A stretch of 62,352 nt of DNA, counting the filler. It is 10 parts of 10 records of this genome, joined end to end, with 100 filler letters (N's around TTAATTAATTAA, not from the genome) between each part and the next. Parts side by side here need not be neighbours in the genome. Positions count along the whole stretch, not along the records: positions 33,363 to 39,482 come from SRR7504441_4331; positions 39,583 to 45,792 come from SRR7504441_4344; positions 45,893 to 51,165 come from SRR7504441_4348; 7 more parts are not named here. One strand, written 5' to 3'. The position numbers and the translations under genes were made by a program. This document shows positions 35,807 to 47,329 of this stretch, piece after piece. Position 1 is the first letter of the stretch. Each line of letters begins with the position of its first letter. A model generated the notes under the pieces. That model worked only from the letters and a program-made list of their open reading frames with translations, did not search any database and was not told where the DNA came from.

Positions 35807-35858
35807 CGGTATGGGTCCCAGACGATACGCACGGTGCTGGCCGCTGCAGCTGCTCTAG

Positions 35859-36091
35859 TTCGCCGGCCGGCCACACACCTGTCACCAGCGCCTGCAGTTC
35901 CCCAGCGCCTCGGGCTACAGCAAGTTCACAGACCCCAGGCTGTACGAGCGGTGCCATCCGGGCTGCCTGTTTGACATCACGAAGGATCCAACGAGCAGCG
36001 CAGCCACTGGTCCGATGCACCGCTCGAGTCCGACCTTAGCGAGCAAGCGCAGTGCTTTGAGCAAGCGGACCAGAACGGCGGCTTCATTGGA
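35859..36091 (+). pseudogene. Degenerate arylsulfatase C-terminal remnant
   Basis: C..GCLFDITKDPT, then after a frameshift E...CFEQADQNGGFIG; no start codon, preceded by a stop. Confidence 0.4.
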
Positions 36092-36375
36092 GGGGCTAGC
36101 ATTGAGATAGGGATTCGACTGATCTACTCGTACAGTACTCGTACTCGTACCGTGTCAGGACTAATGTGGCATTTAAATTCTTCAAATAATTACCATATCT
36201 CTCTCAATCAGTTAGTCTAAACGAGTACTCAATATTCATGATCTTAACATTATGTTATGGGTTGGGTGTGGTACAGTATGCGGTGGGGCTGAGACATTCG
36301 ACTTCAATGCAATCTCAGTCTAAACGAGTACTGTACGAGTACGATCTCAGGCTTGTCGACGTGACCAGCTAATGC

Positions 36376-36978
36376 TTACGAGTTCTTGGTGTAGATGTAT
36401 AGCGTGTAGTGGGACGTCCCAGTCTCCTGCACGCCCATGGCCTTGGGCTTCTCCACCGGCACGTTCGCCCCCACCCAGCCGCATCCGTTCTCCTCCCGCT
36501 CGTACCACGAGGCCCGATCCGGCGAGTACGAGAGCGAGAGCAGCTTGCCCCCCGGCTTGAGCACTCGGCAGCACTCGGCCATGACCGCGTCAATCCCCTT
36601 GGTCGAGTCCGGCCCGGCCAGCACGCAGTCGAAGCAGGCCTTATCAATGACGAAATCGAATTGCCCTGCCTCCGCAAAGTCCAGCGCCCGGGCGTCGGCC
36701 ACCAGCCAGCTCATCCGGCGGCTGTCATTCTTGTCCCGCATCTTGGCGATCACCTCGCCCGAAAAGTCGGCGTTGGTGATCTGGTGGTAGCCGCTATCGT
36801 ACATGGCCGCGCTCAGGTCGCTGTTCCCGCAGCCGATCACGAGGATCAGGGCCTCTTTGTGCAGCCCGGCCGCCTCCAGCTGCTGCTGCATCACCGGGCG
36901 CCATGGGTGGTACCACTCGAAGTGGTCCTCCTCGCTGAACCGCTGATTCCAGTACGACCGCTCACCCCACTCCAGCAT
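36376..36978 (-). CDS. Class I SAM-dependent methyltransferase, EEF1AKMT4/METTL13-N-like
   Basis: YWNQRF...FEWY, ILVIGCGNS, ITNADFS, FDFVIDKACFD and RVLKPGG. Confidence 0.9.
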   Translation of the reverse strand: MLEWGERSYWNQRFSEEDHFEWYHPWRPVMQQQLEAAGLHKEALILVIGCGNSDLSAAMYDSGYHQITNADFSGEVIAKMRDKNDSRRMSWLVADARALDFAEAGQFDFVIDKACFDCVLAGPDSTKGIDAVMAECCRVLKPGGKLLSLSYSPDRASWYEREENGCGWVGANVPVEKPKAMGVQETGTSHYTLYIYTKNS

Positions 36979-37099
36979 ATCGGGCTCGAGAAGCACCGGC
37001 CGAATACGCAGCGCGGGTTGATCAGCCGCAGCTCCTGCAGCGCCTCGCTTCAGTAACGGCAATCGTGCCCTCTTCCAGCCTGCTCCGGCAGCAGCCGTG

Positions 37100-37972
37100 A
37101 TGGTGTGGCCGGCGCTGCAGTCGAGCGGGGGGGTCAAGTGGTCGCACGCCACCAACTCGCAGGCCGAGCTACGCGCAGCGCTGGCCGACGCTCAGCTCAG
37201 GATGATCGAGGCCGACGTGCGGGCGGCGCCCGACGGCCCGATCATGGCCCACCCGCCGGCCACCCACTCCGACCTGAGCTTCGACCTGTTCCTCCGGACA
37301 GTGGCCGCGCACAACGCCGGGCAGCCGCTGCTCGAGCAGGTGGGCGTCAAGCTCGATTTCAAGGACCCAGCGGCCCTGCCCAGCTGCCTGGCCGCCCTTA
37401 GCCAGATCCCGGCCGATCGGTTCCCCGCGGTCTGGCTAAACGCGGACATCTGGCAGGGCCCCGGTGGAAGCCCGGCCCTGTTTGACCCAGCCGAGTTCCT
37501 GGGGACGGCCGGGGGCGCCTGTGCCGATTTTGGGTGGACGCTGTCGGTGGGGTGGACCACCGGCTGGCAGGAGGAGTTCTGGCGGGGGGGCGGGGGGTAC
37601 ACTGCTGCCCATGTGGCCGAGGCCGTGGCTGGGCTGCGGGCGGCAAGGGTGGAATGCCCAGTCAGCTTCCCAGTGAGTGCTTTCCACGCGTTCCTCGGCC
37701 AGGCAAACATCGATAGCCTGCTGAAAGGGACAGAGCACTCTCTGACCATCTGGGGGGAGGTCCCCAACAGCTCGACTGCAGAGTGGGTGGAGCAGATGCG
37801 ACGGAGTGGCCGAGCGTTCTTGGACACTAAGCCGGCCGGGCCGTATGCCAGCCTTCTAGCTGATGGGGTATCACTAAGTGGTCGTCAGCCTTTCACGGCC
37901 ATCATAATAGCGGCAGTCGCAGTATCGGTGCTCGTTGGGCTAACATTGTGGAAGGGCTACAAGCGGAGATAG
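37100..37972 (+). CDS. FAM151: FAM151/menorin-family (DUF2181) protein with C-terminal TM helix
   Basis: WSHATNS, MIEADV, PIMAHPP, GVKLDFK, VWLNADI..GP and LSVGWTT. Confidence 0.88.
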   Translation: MVWPALQSSGGVKWSHATNSQAELRAALADAQLRMIEADVRAAPDGPIMAHPPATHSDLSFDLFLRTVAAHNAGQPLLEQVGVKLDFKDPAALPSCLAALSQIPADRFPAVWLNADIWQGPGGSPALFDPAEFLGTAGGACADFGWTLSVGWTTGWQEEFWRGGGGYTAAHVAEAVAGLRAARVECPVSFPVSAFHAFLGQANIDSLLKGTEHSLTIWGEVPNSSTAEWVEQMRRSGRAFLDTKPAGPYASLLADGVSLSGRQPFTAIIIAAVAVSVLVGLTLWKGYKRR

Positions 37973-38100
37973 CAAAATGTCCTTTCATAATTATAATAGT
38001 GAGTAATATTATGTATCATAAGTCTAGTTATATGTATTACGTAAGAGTTGCCGATTGGGCGTTGGTCACGTCGCTTGGGGGTAGCTAGCGCAACTCGACC

Positions 38101-39482
38101 TCATATGTACATGCCTTCGTCAACTTCCATATCACCCAGAGCTGTTTGCAAATCTAATTCCGGGCTCTCCCCCACAGCTCTTGCCAAATGCGACTTTTCT
38201 GCGTCTTGTTCGCGATCAGGTCGTCGCCAAGGCCGGATCTTCCGGTTGAACCACTCATTGAACTGGGACAGCTCCCAATTCAGCCCGAGATCCTCCTCCA
38301 GAATCACTTGGCGGATCTGGGCCATCGACGGGAAGTCTATATAGTCTCTGAACGAGAACACCAGGTTGGTCACTAAATTGTCCAACTCATCCCGTCGGCT
38401 CAGCAGGCCTTTCTCGAGCAGCGCTGCCGGCCGTCAGACCGCCGCCCAGCCAGCCGGGCACCGTATCGACTAAAATAGACCGGGATGGCCGCATCGAGCT
38501 CTATCTCGGCCCGGTCCCCGGCCCTCTCCTCCGTCTTGTCCAGCACGGCCTGCAGCAGGTCCTCGTACCGCTCGACCACTTTATTAAACTCGCACGCAAC
38601 CAAGTCGCAGGCCCGGCCGACCAGCAGCTCGCACTCCTTGACAAGCACATCCTTTAGGAACGGATCTCTGTGCCTGCGCCAGCCAGTTGGGCCAACAGGC
38701 GCGAGGGGCGAGCTCACTCGCAGTGCTTGGCCACTTGCACGGGCAGGTACTGGTGCATGATCAGGTGGTGCAGCGCGTCGTCAAATCGACTGTGCCCGGC
38801 CGCCTTGAAGGTGCGCTCCCATGAGTCGCTGATCAATTGCAGGCTCGGCGATAGCTCCATTATTGTGCTCGGGGGCCACTCCATCTTATTCGAGGCTATA
38901 AAGCTTTTCATCGCTCCCTCAAAGTGGTTCAGCAAACACAGCACCGCTGCCCCGCCCTATCACCCCCCCTGCGCCCGGGGCTCGCACCACGCTCCCCGAG
39001 GTCCGTCAATGGACCCAGGATCCTCTCCGCCTGCGCATGTGGGAATTTAACCGCGGTCGTTGCCATCGCCCACAGCGCCGGCGGCACGGTCTTCCGGGTT
39101 TCTTCGAACAGCGATGACACGTCGCGTTTTTTCAGGGACGACTGGTCCTCCAGCCGCTCCATCGCCTCGGACTGCTCTTGTTCGCCCATCCGCATCGCCT
39201 CCAGTAAAATGCTCTCCCCTCCCTCCTCGCTCGCCTCCGCCTGCCCAATCGCCTCCGCGTCCTCCAAGGAGCCGACCGTGGCTCCGTCCTCCTCTGGCAG
39301 CTCCTCCTCCGGCAGCTCCTCCTCCGGCTCGGGCGGGTCCTCCTGCTTTTTGGTCGGGACCTTGAGCTCGGGATTCAGCTCGAGCTCCACCTGGTCATCC
39401 GCCTTGAGCTCCTCCGGCCCGCCGAGCTTCTCCGGCTCCTGCATTTTGACCACGATCCAGATCGCCAGCATGATCAACCCCC
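38101..39482 (-). CDS. Hypothetical membrane-anchored protein, 5' partial, 3 introns
   Basis: Hydrophobic segment at the gap and an acidic linker; three 38-44-nt GT-AG introns link four ORF pieces in frame. Confidence 0.6.
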
Positions 39483-39582
39483 NNNNNNNNNNNNNNNNNN
39501 NNNNNNNNNNNNNNNNNNNNNNNNNNTTAATTAATTAANNNNNNNNNNNNNNNNNNNNNNNNNNNNNNNNNNNNNNNNNNNN
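39483..39582. other. Artificial contig linker
   Basis: N-run/TTAATTAATTAA/N-run. Confidence 0.97.
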
Positions 39583-39698
39583 GCTGAGCAGAAAAAAAAA
39601 GAAAAGCGTGAAGATCCTCCAGATCAGATGGCTTGCTGAGACAAGGGGTCAGGTGCTGGGCGCGCCCTGTCGGCCGTCTGAGCGCAGTGGCAGGCGGG

Positions 39699-40954
39699 AT
39701 GATCTGGTTAGCGATGCTCGCGCTGGCTGCCGGCCAGCAGTCGGGCCCGGGGATAGCCGGGTACCACTTCAACCAGCAGACCCCCCAGGGGCTGAAGGGC
39801 TACAAGTTCCTGTACAAGGGCGGGTACAAGGCCTGCAAGGACGCATGCGACCGAGGTGGCCCGTCACGCCGCCGTGGGCTGAGCCCAGGGGCACAGATAC
39901 GCTGTGCGCGGGCTTCAAACTCTTGACGGACAAGTGCACCCTGCTGACAAAGGGGACCCATCCGTCTCAGGATCCGGCGATGCTCCGTAAAAGGATCCGG
40001 CAGCTCACTGCGGGCGAAACTAAGGAGGACCCGCACCATCCGCCCAAGGTGCGCTGTGCCCCTGTATGACTAGTGCTCATGGGCCGCTTTCAGCGGGACC
40101 AGGACGGCATCCCAAACCACTATGTGCCGGTCAATATATCGGAGGCGACCGGCAACTCGACCGACATTTTGCTAGGATCCTCCTCCCCCAAAGTGTATAC
40201 AAAAGCAACCTCGCAAATCGCGCCAGGGGATTCTGCCAGCAAAGCCCAGGACGATCTAGCAGACACCCTGGCAGCTGCCAAGCGAATTGTCCAAAGCATC
40301 CTGGGCAAAAAGAAGGAGGCCGATGCTGCCTTTGCTAAAGCGGCTCACACGTATGCCCACACGGGCGCGCATCCAACCAACCACAAGCTAGACCAGAAAA
40401 TGCCGCTGGCGCTGCAGGTTGCAGCAGCACATAAAAACGTAATTGATCTCCGCTACGACAGAGCGCTGACGCAGGTGGAGCTCATGAAGCGCAAGGCGGC
40501 CAGGATGGCAAATCCTGAGCAGAAGGCCTCGGTTGGCAACAAAGCCAGTGCCGCGAAGCCGGCAAATGCCACCAAGCAAGTGATAAAAATGGCTGCAGAT
40601 GCAGCAAAGGCGAGCAAACGAGAGGAAAGCGCTCTAGCTAGCTACGCCAAATTCAAAAAGGAGACACAGCGGGTGAAGGTGGCAGAACGTAAGCTACGGG
40701 CAAAGACGTCAAAGCTGAAAGCAATGCAAGCAAATAATGCCCGTGCAACTGGTCTACAGGCAAAAGTGACAAGTATCAAAGACAAAACTGGCGAGGTGAA
40801 GATTAAGACCGCGCAGGCTGCAGCCGATTTGATCAAGCAGCATAACATTGCACTTGCTCTTCAAAAGGCGACGCTTGAAGCCAAGAACGACCGCACCATA
40901 AGCAAGCTCAAGGACCAACTAAAGAAAGCTCAAGCTAAGCACAAAGCGAATTAA
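39699..40954 (+). CDS. Secreted protein: PAN/Apple-like module plus Lys/Ala-rich coiled coil (2 coding introns)
   Basis: Signal MIWLAMLALAAG; CKDACD.D.LCAGF.....CTL after splicing; K/A-rich helical tail. Confidence 0.65.
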
Positions 40955-41086
40955 ATGCACCAATATAGTTTCATTGAATGCGTATAGGCTATTCCATTCT
41001 ACTAAGGAGCCCTACTATTGTTACATTCGAGTGATGCTGATTGTGTTTAGAGTTCAAACGTGCAAACAGGTCCCTTCACACTGCCT

Positions 41087-42385
41087 TCACTTGGACAACC
41101 ACGATATCGGCCGCGAGGTGAGTCGCGACAGGTACCACTGGCTCGGGTCCTTGTCCACAACCCGCACTACCTCGTAACGCCGCCTCGCAGCCAAGCTCAC
41201 CTGACGCCCCCGGCTTTAGTCTAGTAGCTCACAATCCACCACACCGGTCGATCTTCTGAAACTCGCTCAGCATCGATGCTCCGGGGTCCGTTGGAGTTTG
41301 ATGCAGCGACCCGGGACAGATCCTTGCCCGTGGCCTCGACGTAGGCTGGGTTGAGGAGCCCTGCGGTGGCGGCCGCTCTGAACTCGAATCTATCTATTGC
41401 GCCCGACCCATCCAAATCTAGCTCATGGAACCCATCAGCCGAGCCGTATTTGGCCACCCATTCGTCCATGGTGACCACCTGCCCCGGCTAGCCCGCGCCC
41501 ACCGGCACAGCGCACTCCATTGCCGTCCAGATCGAGTCTGGTGAAGTCGACATCGGCCGAACGGACCAATCGAAACTCTTCTGGATCAATCGTGCCGTTG
41601 CTGTTGGCCCGCTCAGCCCGGGCTTGGGCTGGCTGGCCACCCGTCAAGGTCGTACTGGTTGAATCCAACGTCCGAGCCGTACCGGGCGACCCACTCATCC
41701 TTGGAGATCTTGAAATCATTATTAGTGTCGATCTTTTCGAAATCGATCTTGGCCGCATGGCACTTGCGCCACTCGTCCGCGTCTACGAACCCGTCTTTGT
41801 TTAAATCGTAATCGTCAAACCCCGAGCTGTTGCCGTACCGGGTCGCCCACTCCTCTCGAGAGATCTTCCCGTCCTTGTTGGTGTCGGTCTTCACAAACTG
41901 CGCCTCCACCTAGTTCCAACCGTCCGGCCTGTCGGTGGAGTCTAGGCACCTGCTTGGCCACTCCGTACTCCTCCTGGTCCACCTTGCGGTTCTGGTCCAG
42001 GTCCCACACAGCAAACGCTTCGGGCGCCATCCCACTCTCGGTCCACTCCTGCTGGCTCAGCGTGCCGTCCTCGTTCGTGTCCGCACTCTGGAACTCCCCA
42101 ATGAACTGCCCCCGGCTCGCCCACCCCCCGCTGGCCCGGGGCGCCTCGTCGTACGAGGCCAGCCAGGCCTCCCGGGTTAGCACATGCCCCGACTCGAACG
42201 CCTCCTTCAGGGTTTCTGCCGGCCCCACTGGCCCAGCAGCGCTGACCGGGCGCACCGCGCAGCTCCGCCCTGATGTTGAGCCCACCTGGGACACCGGCCA
42301 CTGGGTCGTGCTCGCCTGCCCCGCCCGGTGAGCCGCGAAGCGCCCGCAGACAGCAGCGAAGCGCCACACCTGCTGGTTCTGCCAT
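41087..42385 (-). CDS. Poly-EF-hand protein, multi-exon
   Basis: Many loops, e.g. DTNEDGTLSQQE, DTNKDGKISREE, DLNKDGFVDADE, DTNNDFKISKDE and DLDGSGAIDRFE; 5' exon structure uncertain. Confidence 0.75.
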
Positions 42386-42414
42386 TGCAAATAACGGCAG
42401 TGTGACGCCTCGAG
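42386..42414. promoter_or_regulatory. 29-nt divergent spacer containing TAACGGC
   Basis: CAT at 42383-42385, ATG at 42415, TAACGG at 42392-42397. Confidence 0.45.
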
Positions 42415-43207
42415 ATGGCAGCCTTTCATCAGGCAGGTCCCTTGGCGGCCGCGGGCCGAGCCGGGGGGGCAGTGGGTCAACACCACGCTGGTGGGCCCGG
42501 TGGGGCCGCCCCTTCGCCCGGCGGCTCAGCCGGCTGGTTAGGCCGGACCGGTGGCGGAGGACGTGCTGGCGGATAAGCAGATCGTGCTGCTCTTCTTCGG
42601 CGGTCAGGGCCCCAACTTGCAGGCGGGCCGGGCGGGGAGTGGGGGGGAGCGGGGGCAGGGGGCGGTGACCGAGCTGAGTAAGCTGTACACCGCCATCAAG
42701 GCTTCGGGCCAAGCCAACGAGCTCGAAGTTGTCTTTGTGTCCAACGATCCGAACCAGGCCGCTTTCGACCAGGTGCCTCGCCGTCCGCGCCGGGGCCGAC
42801 CGGCGCCCAGGCGTACGACGGACAGCCCTGGCTAGCCATCCCATTCACGGAGACCCGCACCAGGGAGAAGCTGTACAAGGCGCACCAAGTCGAAGGCGTC
42901 AGGCACCCGTCGCCGGGCTGAGTCGGCGGGCAGGGATAGACCTGCAAGTGTTGGCCAAAGACTGCACCGTGATCCCGCAGCAGGAGGCCACCGCCTTCGA
43001 CCCCAACGGTGCCGCCCTGCCGGTCGGGCACGACGATCAGCTGCAGGCGGAGTCGCGCTGCTGAATAGCTGGAAGATTGCTGGAAAGCCTGGCAGCTGGA
43101 TGGATCGCGCTTTCCCCGACGGCGCGCTCGGCGGGGGCGGCTGAGGCTAAGCAACCCGCCGAGGCCAGTGGCCTTGGCGGGGGGCGGTGCGGTGGTGGTT
43201 GGATTGA
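42415..43207 (+). CDS. Nucleoredoxin/tryparedoxin-like thioredoxin-fold protein lacking CxxC (~7 introns; 3' end uncertain)
   Basis: L.DK.IVLLFF, LY..IK, LEVVFVS.D, FD......PWLAIPF, V.GI and WPW. Confidence 0.75.
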
Positions 43208-43583
43208 TGCTAAAACGAGACCCTGAGTGCATGGATGAAGCAGCTGCGTCAAACCCCGATTGGGGTGAGCAGCGGCGGAGAATGCAGCGGGGGTAGCCGC
43301 TACTGTACGGCCGGACTTCCTTCTATATAGAAGTGTTCTTATTAGAGTATGTGTACATGATTGTAATGAGAATACAATCACTGAGAATACTCGAATGTGC
43401 AAAATGACGTGCATGTGATTGTACACCTATATATACACCGGAGTATATATTGAATCTAATCAGCTACTAGCTCCTTCGACTATACTCAGCGTCCATGAGC
43501 GCCCGGCTACAAGCCCGAGGAGGCGCTGATCTCTACTTTGCACGAGACTCTACGTATCCATAACTCTATATACCACGCACCAA

Positions 43584-44663
43584 TCAAACCGGCCGGACCT
43601 GCCGCCCAAATCGGCGCCGCCCGCTGGGCCGGCTGACCTTGCCCATCCGGATCAAATGCTCTGCGTCTACCCGTGGCAAGTACTGCCTAGCTCCAGGCTT
43701 GAAAGTAATCTACAGACCGCTCGCTCAAACTTCAGCCGGCCAGGGAGGCGAACCGCCCCACGCGAGGTCTCGATCGCCCCGAGGTCCTCGTCGGCCTCAA
43801 CTAGTATGTTGCTCTCCTTAGGTGGCAGCAAATCCTATTGCTGACTCAGTAACGCTCAGCGCAGCAGCCAACACCTCTGACAAGTTTACCCCCGAGGAGC
43901 GCTTGTACTCCGTCACAAGCATCTGGTACTCGCCTGTCCCAGCCTCCCGCCCGCCCCCCGGGCTGCCTACCTATGAAATGCGTCTCTGGTGGACTCAAGT
44001 TTGTCTTCATCTGCACCCGACTCCTGCCCGAGCTGCCACCGGGGGCACCTCCGCTGTGAGCACCATCCCCGCCCCCCACAGCAGCTCCCGGATCTGCCGC
44101 AGCCGGCAGTGCCTGCCCCCGGGCTCGAGCCGTCCAGGCCCTGGGCGGGGCACAGATAAACAAGCCCGGCCCTCTTGTTCCTGTGGATCGCCACGTGATT
44201 AGCATACAGCGCCACCTTCAACTCCTCCGGGAAGACTCGCCCCGCGCCCTGGAACTCGGCCATGCACTTCTCGAGCGCCGCCAGCGCCGCCGCGGGCGCC
44301 GGGGCCGCGTCGGCCTCTTCCAGTCCAGCTTTTAGCCGCTCCGCCTCGTCGGCCTTGCCCTCCTGTTCGAGCTTGACCCTCATCTTGGCGCCAGAGGCCT
44401 TCACGCTGTCCACCCGGTCGCTGCCCGCCGGTCGGCCCCCGGGCGCCGGGCGGGGCACTCGAGGATGGAGCCATTCCGGGACCAGAGCCACTGCACCTCC
44501 CGCATCAGCTTCTGGAGGGACTCCTCCTGCCGTCGGCGGTGAGCCCGGGCGGCCGGGCCCGGGGCACGTTGCTCGGGGCGAGCAGCCCGCCTCGCTCCAC
44601 CCGGGTCTGGTTCTTCAGCTCGCGGAGCAGCGCCGCCGCCGTGTCCCCGAGCGAGGTCTCCAT
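43584..44663 (-). CDS. GINS1: DNA replication GINS complex subunit Psf1 (6-7 introns)
   Basis: Spliced product: G..A..LLREL, H.AI.RNKR..L.YL..RL..I..L.W..G, LSP.E..F...Y, PPK...I.V, G.IET..G and R.DAE.LIR.G. Confidence 0.88.
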
Positions 44664-44935
44664 TCAAGCACTGTCCGTTTTTCTGTTGCAGTGTCAGGCA
44701 GGTTGCAGGATCAGGCACGGGCATGCTGAGACGGGTGAGACTGGTCATAAGACCACGGAGAACAACTTTGACCACGGTGGTGAAACTACATTAACTTGTA
44801 CAAGCTTCAAGGAACCTTACATGGCTGTGCCCGAGCTGTGCCCCAGGCTCGACTATGAGTACATGTACTCGGATTCAACATATTTTTCTAGCTATTTTCT
44901 GAGCTTGGGGCCCCTATATTCGTATCATGTCGGTC

Positions 44936-45792
44936 TTACAAATCTGCAGTGTCATATATCCCTCCCTCTACCGCCCCTGCTGTGATCAGCGCCTCCGCTA
45001 TAGCCTCTGCTGTGTATCGCGAGGGGCCTTGGGAGTGAAACTTGTCAGCTGCCCACATCAGCGCAGTCTTACCAGCTTTATCCTGAACCTCCAGCCCCGC
45101 CCCCGCTTCGATCAGCGTCGCCACTATTTCAATGCGGCCCTTGTCTGCAGCTGCCATCAGAGCAGTTTTGCCAGAGCTGTCTTGCACGTCCAGCCCCGCC
45201 CTCGCCCCAATCAACGCTACAGCTATCTCAGTATGCCCCCTTAAGGCTGCCATTATCAACGCGGTGCGGCTGCCATTATCCTGCAGGTCCAGCCCCGCCC
45301 CGGCTGCAGCCAGAGCGCCCACTGTCGCAGTCTCGCCATTGAAAGCTGCCACCATCAGCGCAGTCTGGCCCCACTGATCCTGCAGGTCCAGACCCGCCCC
45401 AGCCTCGATCAGCATGCCCACCATCTCTGCGTTGCCCCATTGTGCCGCCGTGATGAGGGCGCTGCGGCCATTAGAGCGCTCCTTGATATCCAGCAGCGCC
45501 CCCGCCTTAGCCAGCGCCGTGGCGATCTCCGTGCGGCCATAGAAGGCAGCTTTAATCAGTGCCGTCTCGCCGTCCCAGTTCCTCACGTCCAGCGCGGCCC
45601 CCGCCCCAATCAGCCTCAGCGCTATCTCTGTGTACCCTTCAGTAGCCGCCTGCATCAGCGCAGTATATCCATTCTCCTCCTGCACATCTAGCGGCGCACC
45701 CGCCACAATCAGGCGCGTCGGCACCGCCGGGCTCTTGGCCGCCAGGCCGCAGCAAACTTGAATCACGAGCAGCCGGCCGGCCGCCGCCCCCC
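44936..45792 (-). CDS. Ankyrin repeat protein, 5' partial
   Basis: About 7 regular G.TAL..AA..G..EI...LI.AGA.LD.QD repeats. Confidence 0.88.
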
Positions 45793-45892
45793 NNNNNNNN
45801 NNNNNNNNNNNNNNNNNNNNNNNNNNNNNNNNNNNNTTAATTAATTAANNNNNNNNNNNNNNNNNNNNNNNNNNNNNNNNNNNNNNNNNNNN
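45793..45892. other. Artificial contig linker
   Basis: N-run/TTAATTAATTAA/N-run. Confidence 0.97.
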
Positions 45893-46150
45893 AACCTAAC
45901 TACACGTCTCTAACACATCACTGGGCTAGACGTTGCTGCAACTCTTTGGAATTGGCATGTCTCCTGCTCGACAAAAATGGTAGTTTTGGCACGTAGCTCT
46001 CGACCGGCCGAACCGTAGCTCAACCGGCCGCTTACTGGGGTAGCTACCTCATCGCCTCGTAACTTGCAGCTGGCGAAAGCTCATTAATTCCTACAGTTAT
46101 TACTTGTACTTGAATTACAGGTAAAAAATCAGTTGACGTCCCGGGAGACC

Positions 46151-47225
46151 ATGCAGGCCACGCTCGACTGCGACATCCAGCGGCTTGAGCGCGAGGGCTC
46201 GCCGCGCAGCTCGGGCTCTGCGGACGAGACCCGGGTCTTCACGCTCTGGGTCAACAACAGGATCGGACCGCCCGAGCTGGGCTGCAGCCTGCCCGAGAGC
46301 TTCCGACTCTCGAAGGGCGAGCTGGCCGATCGGCTACTGCTGGCCACCACCGGCGAGAAGGTGGGCTTTGTGCCCAACGGACACCCTGCGGTGTGCAGAG
46401 CCAATTTAGACGCAGTGCTCGGCCGGCTGCGAGAGGCAGAGCCCAAGCTACGGACAGCGCTGAGCACCATATCAGCTCAAAACCTGTATGAAGGCCAGGT
46501 CCAGGCCGTGCTGGCGTTCATCTGGAACCTGATTCGAGCGTTCGACCCCACGGCGGCCCACGTCTCCAGGCGGGACTGGATCGCCCAGACCAAGACCCGG
46601 ATAGCTGGCGGCGAAGCCAACGCTGTCGGTGCCCAAGGGCCAGCAGTGGAAGCCGCGCCCGAAGCACCTGCGGAGGCACTGTCTGCCCCACACCCGCTCA
46701 AGTCACAAGGTACTTCCATAGTCTAGCAGCTAGTTGAGCCGACGTCGACAGACATCCCGTTTGGGAAGCCGCTCGCTCAGTGGGAAGAGCAAGATCGGGT
46801 CAATGCAGAGTGACTGCCCGAACTGGGCAAATTGAGGCATGTCAGGGCGTTGTTCAAAATGGTCACGCCACGAGAGCGTCTCGACCCGATCGACTTACAA
46901 AATTGGTGATGCGCTGGTGGCTGTTCAGGGATTGTGAGATGTGAGACCGCAGGAATGCTCATAGTCACAGTGCTTCTGGAAATATGAAGGCGTCGGACAT
47001 TGCAATGGCCGTGGATGAGGCCATTGATGCCGCTTGCGCCCGGTTCCTTACGCTCGAGGTCTTCGAGGCTTCGATTGCCATGGGGCTGGCCAAGTCCAGG
47101 TATGCTGAATAGCCTACACTGGTATAAATCAATTTGTGTGCAGACTCGCTCAAATTCTCACAATGGGGCTTGATCAGTGGGTTCTCAACGGTCGGTACGG
47201 CTCGACGACTTATGTGCCGCTGTAG
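46151..47225 (+). CDS. Single calponin-homology (actinin-type) domain protein (~4 introns)
   Basis: ETRVFTLWVN...ISAQNLYEG...VLAFIWNLI; downstream exons are linked by short GT-AG introns to TAG at 47223-47225. Confidence 0.7.
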
Positions 47226-47329
47226 CTCCGAGCAATTGACCAGCAGTTAGTACTTGTGTGATTGATCTTGCAATGAAATAATTATAAGCAGCTAACTAGC
47301 TAGGTAAGCTTTATCAATTTGAATGAAGG

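Noticed and set aside
43122-43227. Non-canonical GAG 3' splice sites in the nucleoredoxin-like gene
   Set aside because: An alternative CAG acceptor (43168) or a simple stop at 43205-43207 explains the sequence equally well
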